In this document: positions 31,868 to 42,375 of the stretch, piece after piece | Position numbering within the stretch: the stretch's first letter is position 1 | Layout: the number at the start of each line of letters is the position of its first letter | DNA from: an uncultured Alphaproteobacteria bacterium | Lineage (GTDB): Bacteria > Pseudomonadota > Alphaproteobacteria > HIMB59 > GCA-002718135 | DNA: 64,000 nucleotides | Direction of reading: 5' to 3' | Assembly: GCA_902623255.1 (NCBI GenBank) | Contig: CACNSY010000002.1 | Location: forward strand, 100,408 to 164,407 | Made by a program: the position numbers and the translations under genes | Notes under the pieces: generated by a model | Told to the model about the DNA's origin: nothing | What the model saw: the letters and a program-made list of their open reading frames with translations, nothing else | Database searches by the model: none

Positions 31868-33064
31868 TTAAAAATTGTTTTCTCTTAATGCTATAAATCC
31901 TGGTGATTTATTCCCCTCAAGCCACTCTAAAAATGCACCCCCAGCTGTAGATAAATATTTAAATGCATCATTGGCTTTAGCTTTTTTTATTGCTGCAAGT
32001 GTATCTCCTCCTCCTGCTAGAGCATCTAATTGAGATTTACTTGAATAATTTTGTATAATATTTGCAACTGAAATTGTACTTTTATCAAATGGACTATACT
32101 CAAATGCGCCTAAAGGCCCATTCCATAAAATTGATTTAGATTTTAATATTTCATCTGAAATTAGTTTTGTTGTTTGTTCACCAACATCTAATATCATTTG
32201 GTCATTTGGAATATTATTGATTGAATAAGTCTTAACATTTACTCTGTCTTCTATTGTTTTTGAGCAAACAGCATCAATTGGTAAAAGTATTTTGCAATTT
32301 TTTGATTCTGCTTTTTTTTGTATCTTTTTTGATAGTTCAATAAAATCATTTTCTACCAGAGAAGAACCAACGTTATAATTATTTGATAGCAAAAAGGTAT
32401 TAGCCATTGCACCACCAATCACTAAAGAGTCAAAAATTTCAACTATATTTTCTAAAACTTTTATTTTTGTTGAAACCTTTGAGCCACCTATAATTGCTAA
32501 ATTTGGTTTATTCGAATTTTCTAAAAATTTATCTAAATTTTCAATTTCTTTTGAAAAACTTAATCCAGCGTATGAGGGTAAGTATTTAGTAATACCTACT
32601 ATAGATGCATGATTACGATGAGATGCAGAAAACGCGTCATTAATATATATGTCAAAACTAGAAGCTAATAATTTTGAAAAATTAAGATCATTTTTTTCTT
32701 CTTCAGCATTAAAACGAATATTTTCTAATAGACAAATTTCCCCCATGTCCATTTCAGCAATTTTTGTCTCAATTATTTTTTTTTCACAGTTAGCTAAAAA
32801 ATGAATTGTGTTTGAATTTAAAAATTTTTTTAATTCTAAACATAAAAACTCAATGGAATATGTTTTATTAACTTGACCTTTAGGTCGACCAAAATGAGCA
32901 ATTAAGAATATCTTATTTTTATTTTTAATTAGTTTTTCTAGTGTTGGTAAAATAGCATGTATTCTTGAATGATCTGTAATTGTTCCTTCCAAAACTGGTA
33001 CGTTTAAATCAACTCGAACAATTATTTTTTTATTTTTACAGTCTAGATCTCTTAATTCTTTCAT
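31868..33064 (-). CDS. pgk: phosphoglycerate kinase
   Basis: 398 aa with the N-terminal RVDLNVP motif, HFGRPKG, the ASHR motif and the C-terminal GGGDT motif. Confidence 0.95.
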   Translation of the reverse strand: MKELRDLDCKNKKIIVRVDLNVPVLEGTITDHSRIHAILPTLEKLIKNKNKIFLIAHFGRPKGQVNKTYSIEFLCLELKKFLNSNTIHFLANCEKKIIETKIAEMDMGEICLLENIRFNAEEEKNDLNFSKLLASSFDIYINDAFSASHRNHASIVGITKYLPSYAGLSFSKEIENLDKFLENSNKPNLAIIGGSKVSTKIKVLENIVEIFDSLVIGGAMANTFLLSNNYNVGSSLVENDFIELSKKIQKKAESKNCKILLPIDAVCSKTIEDRVNVKTYSINNIPNDQMILDVGEQTTKLISDEILKSKSILWNGPLGAFEYSPFDKSTISVANIIQNYSSKSQLDALAGGGDTLAAIKKAKANDAFKYLSTAGGAFLEWLEGNKSPGFIALRENNF

Positions 33065-33168
33065 TTCTATTCACATGTATATAAAAAAAATGCTGGAAAT
33101 CATTGATTTTTTTTAAAAATTTGCAGTTTTATCTTTTTTAATACATATATTTAGTATATTAAACCTTT

Positions 33169-33183
33169 TTTAAGCTACTAAAT
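33169..33183 (+). promoter_or_regulatory. TTAA-N7-TTAA motif (CtrA-box consensus) 20 nt upstream of the gcrA start codon
   Basis: TTAAACCTTTTTTAA was read directly from the sequence. The chance expectation is high in this AT-rich DNA. Confidence 0.2.
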
Positions 33184-33202
33184 GTAGTGATGGAGTTTGA
33201 TT

Positions 33203-33673
33203 ATGCCTTGGGATGATAATAATGTAGCAAAACTTAGAGATTTATGGGACCAAGGTCTACCAACAGCTCAAATTGGAAAATTATTAGGTTTCACCAAAAA
33301 CGCAGTGGTTGGAAAAGCTCACAGAATTGGACTCGAGAGAAGACCGTCACCTATAAGAAGAACAGCTGTTAAGCCTGATCGAAAAAAAGCTAGATCTCCA
33401 GTAATGCCAAAATTAAATTTTGAAAGCACTAAAGAACCAGAGATTGTCTCTACAGAGCCTGCTGTTTTCCAACCGGTGGTTAAAAATATATTCACTGCAG
33501 CTACGAAGAGAGGTTGTGAATGGCCTGAAGGTCATCCTGATGAAGCTGACTTTCGTTTTTGTGGTAAAGATAGATTTGAAGATAAGCCTTATTGTTTAGA
33601 TCATTGTGCTGTTGCATATGTTGTTCCTGAAAAAGAGGAAAACGAAAAGACAGAATTAAATAATACGATTTAA
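33203..33673 (+). CDS. gcrA: cell-cycle transcriptional regulator GcrA
   Basis: The N-terminal W....KL..LW..G....QIG..LG.TKNAVVGKAHRIGL motif is present. The C-terminal CEWP......F.FCG.....KPYC..H motif is also typical of GcrA. GGAG lies 8 nt upstream of the ATG at 33203. Confidence 0.85.
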   Translation: MPWDDNNVAKLRDLWDQGLPTAQIGKLLGFTKNAVVGKAHRIGLERRPSPIRRTAVKPDRKKARSPVMPKLNFESTKEPEIVSTEPAVFQPVVKNIFTAATKRGCEWPEGHPDEADFRFCGKDRFEDKPYCLDHCAVAYVVPEKEENEKTELNNTI

Positions 33674-33723
33674 TAATAATAAAAATTCTAGAAATAAAAA
33701 TTCTTCCTGTTATCTATTAAAAT

Positions 33724-34977
33724 ATGAAAGAAGAGAGACTTAATTCTGTATTTACTCCTATTCTGATTGGTGGAAGCTTAATTCTTCTAATAAGTTTTGC
33801 AATTCGTTCAACATTTGGCCTATTTCAAATTCCTATTGCTTCTGATTTTTTATGGAACCGATCAGAGTTCTCTCTTGCCATTGCTATTCAAAATTTAGCT
33901 TGGGGTGTAGGCACTCCACTATTTAGTGCTTTTGCCGAAAAATATGGTGATAGAAAAGCAATAGCGCTAGGCTTAATTCTTTATGCAATTGGAATTTTCA
34001 TAAGTAGTACTGCTACAACTCCAGAGGCGCATCAAACTTTAAACCTATTAATTGGTTTTGGTATAGCTGGTAGTGGTTTTGGTCCAATTTTAGCAGTAGT
34101 TGGAAGAGCCACATCTCCAGAAAAAAGATCTTTAGCACTAGGTATTACAACTGCTGCAGGATCAGCTGGGCAAGTAGTTGGTCCACCACTTGCTTCTATT
34201 CTATTATCATTTTTGCCTTGGTCTTCAGTGTTTGAAATCTTTTCTATTATATTATTAATAACACTGATCCTTGTTCCAATTTTAAAAACAGAATTATCAA
34301 ATACTAATATTAATAATGAAAATGAAAAAATTACTGATGCTGTATTTGTTGCATTAAAAGATCCAACTTACTCAATGTTGTTCTTTGGTTTTTTTTCTTG
34401 TGGCTTTCAGTTAGCATTTATTACTGCACATTTTCCAGCATTTATTGTTGAATCTAGTAGTCCAATTATAGAAGGAAGTTTAATAAGTTTGGTTTGTAGT
34501 TCTGTAGAAGGTTTAGGTGCATTATCTATGGCTCTTATAGGATTATTTAATATAATTGGTTGTTTGATTGCCGGCGCTTTAGGAAAGGGACATTATAAGA
34601 AATATCTTTTATCTTTAATTTATACCGGAAGGACTATTGCAGCAATTTTATTTATCTTACTCCCTATTACACCAAGTTCTATTGCTATATTTTCAATAGT
34701 TATGGGTGCTTTATGGTTAGCAACAGTTCCTTTAACTTCAGGAATTATAGGCCATATTTATGGATTAAAATTTATGGGTACATTATATGGCATTGTATTT
34801 TTTTCTCATCAGTTAGGATCTTTTGTAGGTGTTTGGTTAGGTGGTCTATTTTATGATATCTATGGAAGTTATGATATTGTATGGTGGGTAGGTATAGGTG
34901 TTGGTGCATTTTCTGCAATAATCCATTTACCAATTAGAGAAAAACCATTATCTAATACAAAAATACAAACAGCGTAA
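33724..34977 (+). CDS. MFS-type membrane transporter
   Basis: 417 aa with about 12 TM segments in an MFS-like layout. Substrate unknown. Confidence 0.65.
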   Translation: MKEERLNSVFTPILIGGSLILLISFAIRSTFGLFQIPIASDFLWNRSEFSLAIAIQNLAWGVGTPLFSAFAEKYGDRKAIALGLILYAIGIFISSTATTPEAHQTLNLLIGFGIAGSGFGPILAVVGRATSPEKRSLALGITTAAGSAGQVVGPPLASILLSFLPWSSVFEIFSIILLITLILVPILKTELSNTNINNENEKITDAVFVALKDPTYSMLFFGFFSCGFQLAFITAHFPAFIVESSSPIIEGSLISLVCSSVEGLGALSMALIGLFNIIGCLIAGALGKGHYKKYLLSLIYTGRTIAAILFILLPITPSSIAIFSIVMGALWLATVPLTSGIIGHIYGLKFMGTLYGIVFFSHQLGSFVGVWLGGLFYDIYGSYDIVWWVGIGVGAFSAIIHLPIREKPLSNTKIQTA

Positions 34978-34981
34978 TTTT

Positions 34982-35104
34982 ATGGATGAAAAAAAGATTA
35001 TACGAAACTTAATTATAGTAATTTTTTTCTTAGTTATTATTTATTCTTTAGCTAGAGTTGGTGTAGGTTTAGATCTTAGCTTTGGGCCTTATTTAAAAGA
35101 ATAG
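34982..35104 (+). CDS. possible 40-aa single-TM peptide (not in the ORF track)
   Basis: Sequence is MDEKKIIRNLIIVIFFLVIIYSLARVGVGLDLSFGPYLKE. It starts 4 nt after the MFS stop codon. There is no clear SD, and support comes only from ORF integrity and the TM-like core. Confidence 0.3.
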   Translation: MDEKKIIRNLIIVIFFLVIIYSLARVGVGLDLSFGPYLKE

Positions 35105-35109
35105 TAGAA

Positions 35110-36348
35110 TTAATTACACCATTCTCCTTGCTTAAATATTGGCGTAACAGCACCATCCTTATCAACACCCTCGACATCAATTTTACCTGAGCCAATCATC
35201 CAATCAATATGTATCATGCTTGAATTACCACCTCTTTGAGTGATTTCATCTTTTGATAAGTCTTTTTTCGATTTGAAACATTTTGAGTAACATTGACCCA
35301 GAGCTATATGAGAAGCAGCATTCTCGTCAAATAAAGTGTTATAGAAAGTTATTCCTAATTGCGAGATAGGTGAACTATTTGGAACTAAGGCTACTTCACC
35401 AAGTCTTCTTGAGCCCTCATCTGAATCGAGAACTTTTAATAAAACATCTTGTCCTTTAGAAGATTTTGCATCAACAATTTTACCTTCTTCAAAGCGAACA
35501 TTAATATCTTCAATAAGTGTTCCTTGATACGATAGAGGTTTGGTTGAGCAAACTTCACCACTAACACGACTAGCATGAGGAGTGGTGAATACTTCTTCAG
35601 ATGGGATGTTTGGATTACAAATAATACCATTTTGGGCTTCTGAGGCACCGCCCATCCACTCATGGTCATCAGCAAGACCTACGGTTAAAGACGTTCCAGG
35701 ACCAGAGTACTTTAAAGAATGAAAATTTTTTGCATTTAGCCAATCTGTTTTATCTCTTAAATTTTTATTATGTTGGTCCCATTCAGCTACAGGATCATCA
35801 TTGCTAACTCTAGAAGCATGAAATATTGCATCTCCTAATTTTTTAATTGCTTCACTATCATCAAGATCTGGGAAGACTCTTTTTGCCCATGCTTTTCCTG
35901 GCCATGAAATTATATTCCAGTTAATTTTAAATTCAGTAATTCTTTCTCTAGCTGGTTTATATGCAACAGCATTAGCTTTATTTGCACGCGAAACTTTATC
36001 AGGATCAATTTCAGATAATAGCATAGGATCATCACCAGCAATAGCCATTCTAGCTGTATTGTTATCAAAAGCTTCACCCATCCCATTATAAAGCCAATTT
36101 GCTGCAACATTGAAAGATTCATCATTTCCATATTTAAATCGAGATAATGTAATATCAGAATCATTGAAAAGTGGGGTCACAAGTCCAGCTCCTTCTTTGT
36201 AAGCATATTCAACTATTTTTCTGACTAAAGGTAAAGATTCTAACGGTGCTGTTATTAAAAGGTTTTGACCTTTTTGAAGTGCGACTCCTCTTTTAATTGA
36301 TAGATATGCAAGTTTATCAAGATTTTTTGAATCTACTTCGTAAAACAT
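35110..36348 (-). CDS. aminopeptidase, M29 family (AmpS/PepS/aminopeptidase T-like)
   Basis: 412 aa with overall similarity to the thermophilic-metalloprotease M29 family (GEVALV...NTLFDENAASHIALG, HIDWMIG). Confidence 0.8.
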   Translation of the reverse strand: MFYEVDSKNLDKLAYLSIKRGVALQKGQNLLITAPLESLPLVRKIVEYAYKEGAGLVTPLFNDSDITLSRFKYGNDESFNVAANWLYNGMGEAFDNNTARMAIAGDDPMLLSEIDPDKVSRANKANAVAYKPARERITEFKINWNIISWPGKAWAKRVFPDLDDSEAIKKLGDAIFHASRVSNDDPVAEWDQHNKNLRDKTDWLNAKNFHSLKYSGPGTSLTVGLADDHEWMGGASEAQNGIICNPNIPSEEVFTTPHASRVSGEVCSTKPLSYQGTLIEDINVRFEEGKIVDAKSSKGQDVLLKVLDSDEGSRRLGEVALVPNSSPISQLGITFYNTLFDENAASHIALGQCYSKCFKSKKDLSKDEITQRGGNSSMIHIDWMIGSGKIDVEGVDKDGAVTPIFKQGEWCN

Positions 36349-36531
36349 TATTATTATAATTAGTTTTTATATTCTAAAAAGTCTAGAGATTTTGACTTTA
36401 AAATTTATCTTTAATAATTTTAGCAAAAAGAACTTAAATATTACAAATTCTTTTATAAAATCTTTCCACAAACTCTTGTTTTTTTCTATATATAAAAATA
36501 TCAAATCTAGGCAAAAATAGTAAACTAAATT

Positions 36532-38448
36532 ATGGATTATGAACTTTTAGATAAAATTAATTTTCCATCTGACTTAAGAGAATTTAAAAAAAGAGATCTC
36601 AAGCAAATCTCAGAAGAATTAAGAGCTAAAACAATTGAGACTGTTTCAAAAACTGGTGGTCATTTAGGTGCTGGATTAGGAGTTGTTGAATTAACTGTAG
36701 CAATTCACTATGTCTTTAACACTCCACATGATAAATTAATCTGGGATGTGGGACATCAAGCTTATCCCCATAAAATCATTACAGGAAGAAAAAAAAATAT
36801 AGATACACTTAGAAAGAAAGATGGTGTTTATGGTTTTGTAAGAAGATCAGAAAGTGAATATGATCCCTTTGGCACAGCGCATAGTTCAACGGCAGTATCA
36901 GCAGGGCTAGGAATTAAAGCCGCAAAAGATATAAATAAGGACAAATCAAAAGTTATATGTGTTGTTGGAGACGGTGCCTTAAGTGCAGGTTTAGCATATG
37001 AAGGATTAAACAACGCAGGTGCACAAAAAAAAGGTTTGATTGTTATTTTAAATGACAACAAAATGTCTATAGACAAACCTGTTGGTGCTATGAGCACATA
37101 TCTAACTAGATTGCTTTCATCTAAATCTTACTCCAGCTTAAGAAATATTATTAAAAAAATTTCTAAAACATTACCATCAAATCTTTCAAAAACTCTTTAT
37201 AGAACAGAAGAATATTCTAAAGGGCTTATCTCTGGAGGTACTTTATTTGAGGAGTTGGGTTTTTATTATCTTGGACCAATAGATGGTCACAATATAAACG
37301 ATATGGTGTCAGTTCTGGAAAACATTAGAGATAATAAATTTGATAAACCAGTTTTTCTTCATTGTGTAACTAAAAAAGGCAAAGGATATAGTCCTGCAGA
37401 AAAATCAGAAGATAAATTTCATGGTGTAGAAAAGTTTGATATTAATACAGGTAACTCAGTTAAAAAAACAAATTTAAAATCTTACTCAAATGTTTTTGGA
37501 GAAAAACTAACAAAACTTGCTGAAAATGATGAAAAAATTGTGGCAATAACTGCAGCTATGATGTCTGGAACAGGTTTAAAATTATTCCAACAAAATTTCG
37601 AAAAAAGATTTTTTGATGTTGGTATTGCTGAACAACATGCTGTTACAATGGCAGCTGGATTAGCTACTGAGGGTTTCAAGCCATTTGTTGCAATTTATTC
37701 AACATTTTTACAAAGAGCTTATGATCAAATCGTTCATGATGTAGCTATTCAAAAATTACCCGTTAGATTTGCGATTGATAGAGCAGGGTTAGTAGGATCA
37801 GATGGTCCTACTCATGCTGGTTCATTTGATATTACTTATTTAGCTACATTACCAAATTTTATAATTATGGCACCTAGCAATCAAAGAGAGTTATCTAATA
37901 TGATAGGGTTATCTTGCGAGATTAATGATACGCCATCTGCTTTTAGATTTCCAAGGGGAACAGGGTCAGATGAACTATTTGAGAATCAGCCTACAGATAT
38001 CAATATAGGTAAGGGATATATTCTAATTGAGGGTAATGATGTTGCAATCTTAAATTTAGGAACAAGACTTGAAAAATGTATTGAAGCCAGTAAGTTTCTT
38101 AATCAAAATAATATTTATCCTACTATTGCAGATGCACGATTTGCAAAACCATTAGACACACAGTTAATAGATAACTTAATAAATAATCATAAGTATATTT
38201 TAACAATAGAAGAAGGTTCTATAGGTGGATTTTCATCTCATGTTTTACATTATGTCCATAATACAAGATCAAAAAAAGATAATGTTGTAATAAAGAATTT
38301 GATTTTTCCAGATCGTTTTGTTGAACATATGACACCCGAAGAACAATATCAAGATATTAAAATGAATACTGAATCAATAATCAGAGAAATTAATAATTTT
38401 TATGAAAATAAAATAATTGATATAAAGAATTTTAAATTAAAAGTTTAA
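36532..38448 (+). CDS. dxs: 1-deoxy-D-xylulose-5-phosphate synthase
   Basis: 638 aa with GGHLGAGLGVVELT, DVGHQAYPHKI and the ThDP motif GDGALSAGLAYEGLNNAG. Confidence 0.95.
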   Translation: MDYELLDKINFPSDLREFKKRDLKQISEELRAKTIETVSKTGGHLGAGLGVVELTVAIHYVFNTPHDKLIWDVGHQAYPHKIITGRKKNIDTLRKKDGVYGFVRRSESEYDPFGTAHSSTAVSAGLGIKAAKDINKDKSKVICVVGDGALSAGLAYEGLNNAGAQKKGLIVILNDNKMSIDKPVGAMSTYLTRLLSSKSYSSLRNIIKKISKTLPSNLSKTLYRTEEYSKGLISGGTLFEELGFYYLGPIDGHNINDMVSVLENIRDNKFDKPVFLHCVTKKGKGYSPAEKSEDKFHGVEKFDINTGNSVKKTNLKSYSNVFGEKLTKLAENDEKIVAITAAMMSGTGLKLFQQNFEKRFFDVGIAEQHAVTMAAGLATEGFKPFVAIYSTFLQRAYDQIVHDVAIQKLPVRFAIDRAGLVGSDGPTHAGSFDITYLATLPNFIIMAPSNQRELSNMIGLSCEINDTPSAFRFPRGTGSDELFENQPTDINIGKGYILIEGNDVAILNLGTRLEKCIEASKFLNQNNIYPTIADARFAKPLDTQLIDNLINNHKYILTIEEGSIGGFSSHVLHYVHNTRSKKDNVVIKNLIFPDRFVEHMTPEEQYQDIKMNTESIIREINNFYENKIIDIKNFKLKV

Positions 38449-38479
38449 TTCTTATTAAAAGTTTAATTGAAATTTAAAA

Positions 38480-39265
38480 ATGAAGAAAATTAAAATTTTA
38501 GATAAAAATTTTTCAAAACCTATTAGCTGTTTGACTGCATATTCTCCATCAATTGCTAATATTTTAGATGGAAATATTGATTTAATACTAGTTGGAGACT
38601 CTCTAGGGTCAACACTCTATGGGATGAATAATACTCAAGGAGTTACTATGGATATGATGAAAAATCATGGGGCAGCTGTAAATAAGCAAATTAAGAAAAG
38701 TTTAAAAGTTTTAGATATGCCTTATAAAACATATGATAATAAAATTGATGCATATAAAAATGCTAAGATACTTTTAAATCACTGTAGGCCTGATTTATTA
38801 AAGATAGAAATTAGCGAAAAAAAATTAGTTATTTTAAAACACTTAGTAGATAAAAAAGTAAATGTTATTTCTCATATAGGAGTAACACCACAAAGTTATA
38901 AGAATTTTAATAAAATTAAAGTTTTAGGAAGAACTAATAAAGAAAAACGAAATTTATTAAAATTAGCTAAAGAATCTGAAACACTTGGAGCTAAAGCGGT
39001 ATTATTAGAATGTATAACAACTGATACAGCTAAACAAATTACAGAAAGTATTTCGATACCTACAATAGGTATAGGTGCTTCAAGATATTGTGATGGTCAA
39101 GTTTTAGTATTTGATGATTTAATTAACCTAAGTACAAATGATAAAAAACCAAAATTTGTAAAAAATTATTTTAATTTTAATAAAATTGCCAGTAGCGTAG
39201 TCAAGAAATACAATCAAGAAGTTAAGCTTAAAAAATTTCCTAGTAATAAATTTACTTACAATTAA
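38480..39265 (+). CDS. panB: 3-methyl-2-oxobutanoate hydroxymethyltransferase
   Basis: 261 aa with the motifs CLTAY and ILVGDSLG and a PanB-like TIM barrel layout. Confidence 0.85.
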   Translation: MKKIKILDKNFSKPISCLTAYSPSIANILDGNIDLILVGDSLGSTLYGMNNTQGVTMDMMKNHGAAVNKQIKKSLKVLDMPYKTYDNKIDAYKNAKILLNHCRPDLLKIEISEKKLVILKHLVDKKVNVISHIGVTPQSYKNFNKIKVLGRTNKEKRNLLKLAKESETLGAKAVLLECITTDTAKQITESISIPTIGIGASRYCDGQVLVFDDLINLSTNDKKPKFVKNYFNFNKIASSVVKKYNQEVKLKKFPSNKFTYN

Positions 39266-39894
39266 CCTAAATCTATAAAGTTATTATTATTATCTAAAAA
39301 CTTGATTAAACCAGAATTTATTTGATACCATAAACCAATTACATTCAGTTTATTTTCATTAATTAATTTATCTATAAAGTCATAATCACGTAAATTTTTA
39401 ATTGATTGTTTTATATTTTCCTGCTCAAAAAAGGTTATTTTTTCGGTTTCTGAAAAATCATTGGGAATATTGTTGTAAGAATTTTCTAAACAGCTTACCC
39501 ATTGATTTATGTATTCAAAATTTTTTATATTTTTTTTTTCTAATAATGTTTTATAAGAATGCTCAACTCCACCACAATTTGAGTGGCCTAAAATAATTAA
39601 GTTTCGAATTTTTAGAACTTTTAATGCGTATTCTATAGCAGATAATGTTTGTATATTTTGATCCTTATCATTTTTGGAAGGTACTACATTAGCGATATTT
39701 CTATGAATAAAATAATCTCCAATATTTCCACCAAATATTGAATTTTCAAGAATTCTAGAATCACAGCAAGTAATAATCATAGCAATTGGTTTTTGTGGAG
39801 TTTTAGAAGCTTGCTCGTATATATCTTTATAATCTTGGAAAGTATTCTTTTTCCAGAATTGATATCTTTCAATTAAAAATTTTGGTATTTCCAT
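39262..39894 (-). CDS. beta-class carbonic anhydrase
   Basis: 210 aa with the zinc-ligand motifs CCDSR and GHSNCGG. Confidence 0.85.
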   Translation of the reverse strand: MEIPKFLIERYQFWKKNTFQDYKDIYEQASKTPQKPIAMIITCCDSRILENSIFGGNIGDYFIHRNIANVVPSKNDKDQNIQTLSAIEYALKVLKIRNLIILGHSNCGGVEHSYKTLLEKKNIKNFEYINQWVSCLENSYNNIPNDFSETEKITFFEQENIKQSIKNLRDYDFIDKLINENKLNVIGLWYQINSGLIKFLDNNNNFIDLG

Positions 39895-39934
39895 AATATT
39901 ATTATTTTAGAAATTATTTATATAGCAAAATTAA

Positions 39935-40909
39935 ATGAAAAAGGAAATTAGTAGAAAATTCTGTGTAGCTCCAATGATGGGATATACAACGCCATATGCA
40001 AGGAAACTTTATAGAATTTTATCAAAAAATAGTTTTTTATTTAGTGAAATGATAGCAACAAAATCACTGATTTATTCAAAGAGTAAAGATAGTATTATTG
40101 ATAATGATTTTAATAACCCTGTTGCTCTTCAGGTAGGTGGTTCTGAAATAGATGATTTAACAAAAGCTTCTCAAATAGCCATCGATTACAATTATGATGA
40201 AATTAATTTAAATGTTGGTTGTCCAAGTAAAGCAGTACAAAAAGGAAGTTTTGGTGCATGTCTTATGAGGGATAAAATTCTTGTCAGGAATTGTATGGAA
40301 GCTTTACAAGATGATAAAATTGAAGCTACGTTAAAATGTAGATTGGGACTTGGTAAAGAATTAAATTATGAATTCTTTGAAGAATTCATTGATGAGATAT
40401 CAAAAACTGGAATTAAATTTATTTATGTACATGCAAGAAATGCAATCCTTAATGGTATTAGTCCACAAGGTAATAGAACGATACCTCCCCTTTGTTATGA
40501 TTTTGTAAAAAAAATCAAAAATAAATATCCCAAAATAACTTTTATCCTCAATGGAGGTATAGATAATCTCGATAAGGCAGATTGTCTACTAAAGGAATTT
40601 GATGGGGTAATGGTTGGAAGATTAATCAAGAATAATCCTTTTATATTAAAAGAGGTTGATAAAAAAATATTTAAAGAGAAATATAAATTAATTGATGAAT
40701 CAATAATTAATAATTATTTTGAATATATAAAACCAAAATTAGGTTTTGAATCAATATTTAGATTATTAAGCCCTTTACTTAATATCTTTTTTTCAGTTCC
40801 TCATAGTAAAATTTATAAATCTAAAATCAATGAGTACATGAAAGATCAAAAGATCAATTTAATTGAGGATTTATTAATTAAATTTGTTAGTGATAGAAAT
40901 GCAAGTTAA
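39935..40909 (+). CDS. dusA: tRNA-dihydrouridine synthase A
   Basis: 324 aa with the FCVAPMMGYT N-terminus and the NLNVGCPS active-site region. Confidence 0.85.
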   Translation: MKKEISRKFCVAPMMGYTTPYARKLYRILSKNSFLFSEMIATKSLIYSKSKDSIIDNDFNNPVALQVGGSEIDDLTKASQIAIDYNYDEINLNVGCPSKAVQKGSFGACLMRDKILVRNCMEALQDDKIEATLKCRLGLGKELNYEFFEEFIDEISKTGIKFIYVHARNAILNGISPQGNRTIPPLCYDFVKKIKNKYPKITFILNGGIDNLDKADCLLKEFDGVMVGRLIKNNPFILKEVDKKIFKEKYKLIDESIINNYFEYIKPKLGFESIFRLLSPLLNIFFSVPHSKIYKSKINEYMKDQKINLIEDLLIKFVSDRNAS

Positions 40910-40913
40910 ATTT

Positions 40914-41444
40914 TTAATATGGTATATGGTAAGAAAAACTTAGGATTTCAACACCAGGATTTTTGTCACCTAAATTTGCATTTGAAATATGGCTAAAAGA
41001 AACACCAATTCTATTTTTATTTTTTAATTCATAACTTAATTCAAGTGAAGTTCTAAACTGTAGATCATTTCCTAATTTTTTTCCTGAGCCATCATTATAA
41101 ATACCAGCTCCAAAACTTGGAGTTAAAAAAAGTTTACTATTATTACCTTCAACTAATTCACCAAAATTATCCTCAAAGTAAATTCCAGTTAAAAAATATG
41201 ATGCGGAGTCATTAGTGTATTCAACACCAAAAAAAGGTTTTAAGAAAAAAAAATTATCTTCCTCTGGTCCAATATCAAGTAATGATTTATCACTTCTATA
41301 TTCATATCTAAAGTCCATAGCTTGATTTTTTTCAGAACCATCAAACTTAACATCATAAATACCTAGACCAAAAACATTTGTCCCTTTGGTAAATCCGCTA
41401 CTAGATAAAGAGATGGTTAGAATAGATAATATTATTTTTAACAC
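40914..41444 (-). CDS. outer-membrane acyloxyacyl hydrolase / lipid A deacylase (PagL-like)
   Basis: 176 aa with a signal peptide and a beta-barrel-like alternating pattern. The C-terminal motif FSHISNANLG..NPG.E is characteristic of the PagL family. Confidence 0.6.
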   Translation of the reverse strand: MLKIILSILTISLSSSGFTKGTNVFGLGIYDVKFDGSEKNQAMDFRYEYRSDKSLLDIGPEEDNFFFLKPFFGVEYTNDSASYFLTGIYFEDNFGELVEGNNSKLFLTPSFGAGIYNDGSGKKLGNDLQFRTSLELSYELKNKNRIGVSFSHISNANLGDKNPGVEILSFSYHIPY

Positions 41445-41475
41445 TTAATTACATTATAATTAATTAAATTAGCTA

Positions 41476-42342
41476 TCAAACAAAAAATTCTTTATTTTGT
41501 TGAGAAATATCTAATAAAGACTTTTTTAATTTTTCCAATGCTTTAGTTTCTATTTGTCTAACTCTCTCTTTACTTATTTTTAATTTTTGTCCTAGTTCGT
41601 CTAAAGTAATACTTTTTTCTCGAAATTTTCTTAGACGTATAATTGTTTTTTCTCTCTCGTTTAAAGTATCAATGGCTTTATTAATAAAATCTTTTTTTAG
41701 ATTTTTATCATTTAAGTCTTCAACAAATTCTTCTGGATTTTGACGATCATCAGCTAATAAACTCATAAGATCATTCTCAGTTTCATTGTCCACTTTTTGA
41801 TTTAGATGTAAATCTCCGCCAGTCAGTCTTGACTCCATGTTTTGTACTTCTAATGATTTAACATTAAGCATATTTGATACTTTATTTATCTCCTCTTGTC
41901 CCATAAACTCTCTTGAAACATCATTTATTTGTTGTTTGATTTTTTTGAGATTAAAAAAAAGGGCTTTTTGAGATGCTGTAGAACCAGTTCTTACAACTGA
42001 CCAATTTTTTAAAATGTAGTCTTGAATTGAAGCTCTAATCCACCAAGATGCGTAAGTTGAAAGTCTAAAATCTTTAGAGGTGTCAAATTTTTCAAGCGCA
42101 TGCATAATACCTAAAACCCCCTCATGAATTAGATCATCTATTGGTAACCCATAACTAGAGTATTTTCTTGCGTATGAAACGGCTAAACGAAGATACGAAT
42201 TTAGAATTTTTTGAAGTGATTTTGGGGTTTTATTATCTCTCCAATCATTAATTAGATAAAATTCCTCATCTTTTTCAAGTATTGCTGCCTTTTTTGAAAT
42301 TTCAATTAAATTATTAGAAAAGACAAAGTTTTTAGTACTCAT
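41476..42342 (-). CDS. rpoH: RNA polymerase sigma-32 (heat shock) factor
   Basis: 288 aa with sigma-70 regions 2-4 and an RpoH-box-like QKALFFNLKK. The C-terminal motif is ISKERVRQIE. Confidence 0.9.
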   Translation of the reverse strand: MSTKNFVFSNNLIEISKKAAILEKDEEFYLINDWRDNKTPKSLQKILNSYLRLAVSYARKYSSYGLPIDDLIHEGVLGIMHALEKFDTSKDFRLSTYASWWIRASIQDYILKNWSVVRTGSTASQKALFFNLKKIKQQINDVSREFMGQEEINKVSNMLNVKSLEVQNMESRLTGGDLHLNQKVDNETENDLMSLLADDRQNPEEFVEDLNDKNLKKDFINKAIDTLNEREKTIIRLRKFREKSITLDELGQKLKISKERVRQIETKALEKLKKSLLDISQQNKEFFV

Positions 42343-42375
42343 ATATACTATTATACGTATGATCTTTATTTTGGA

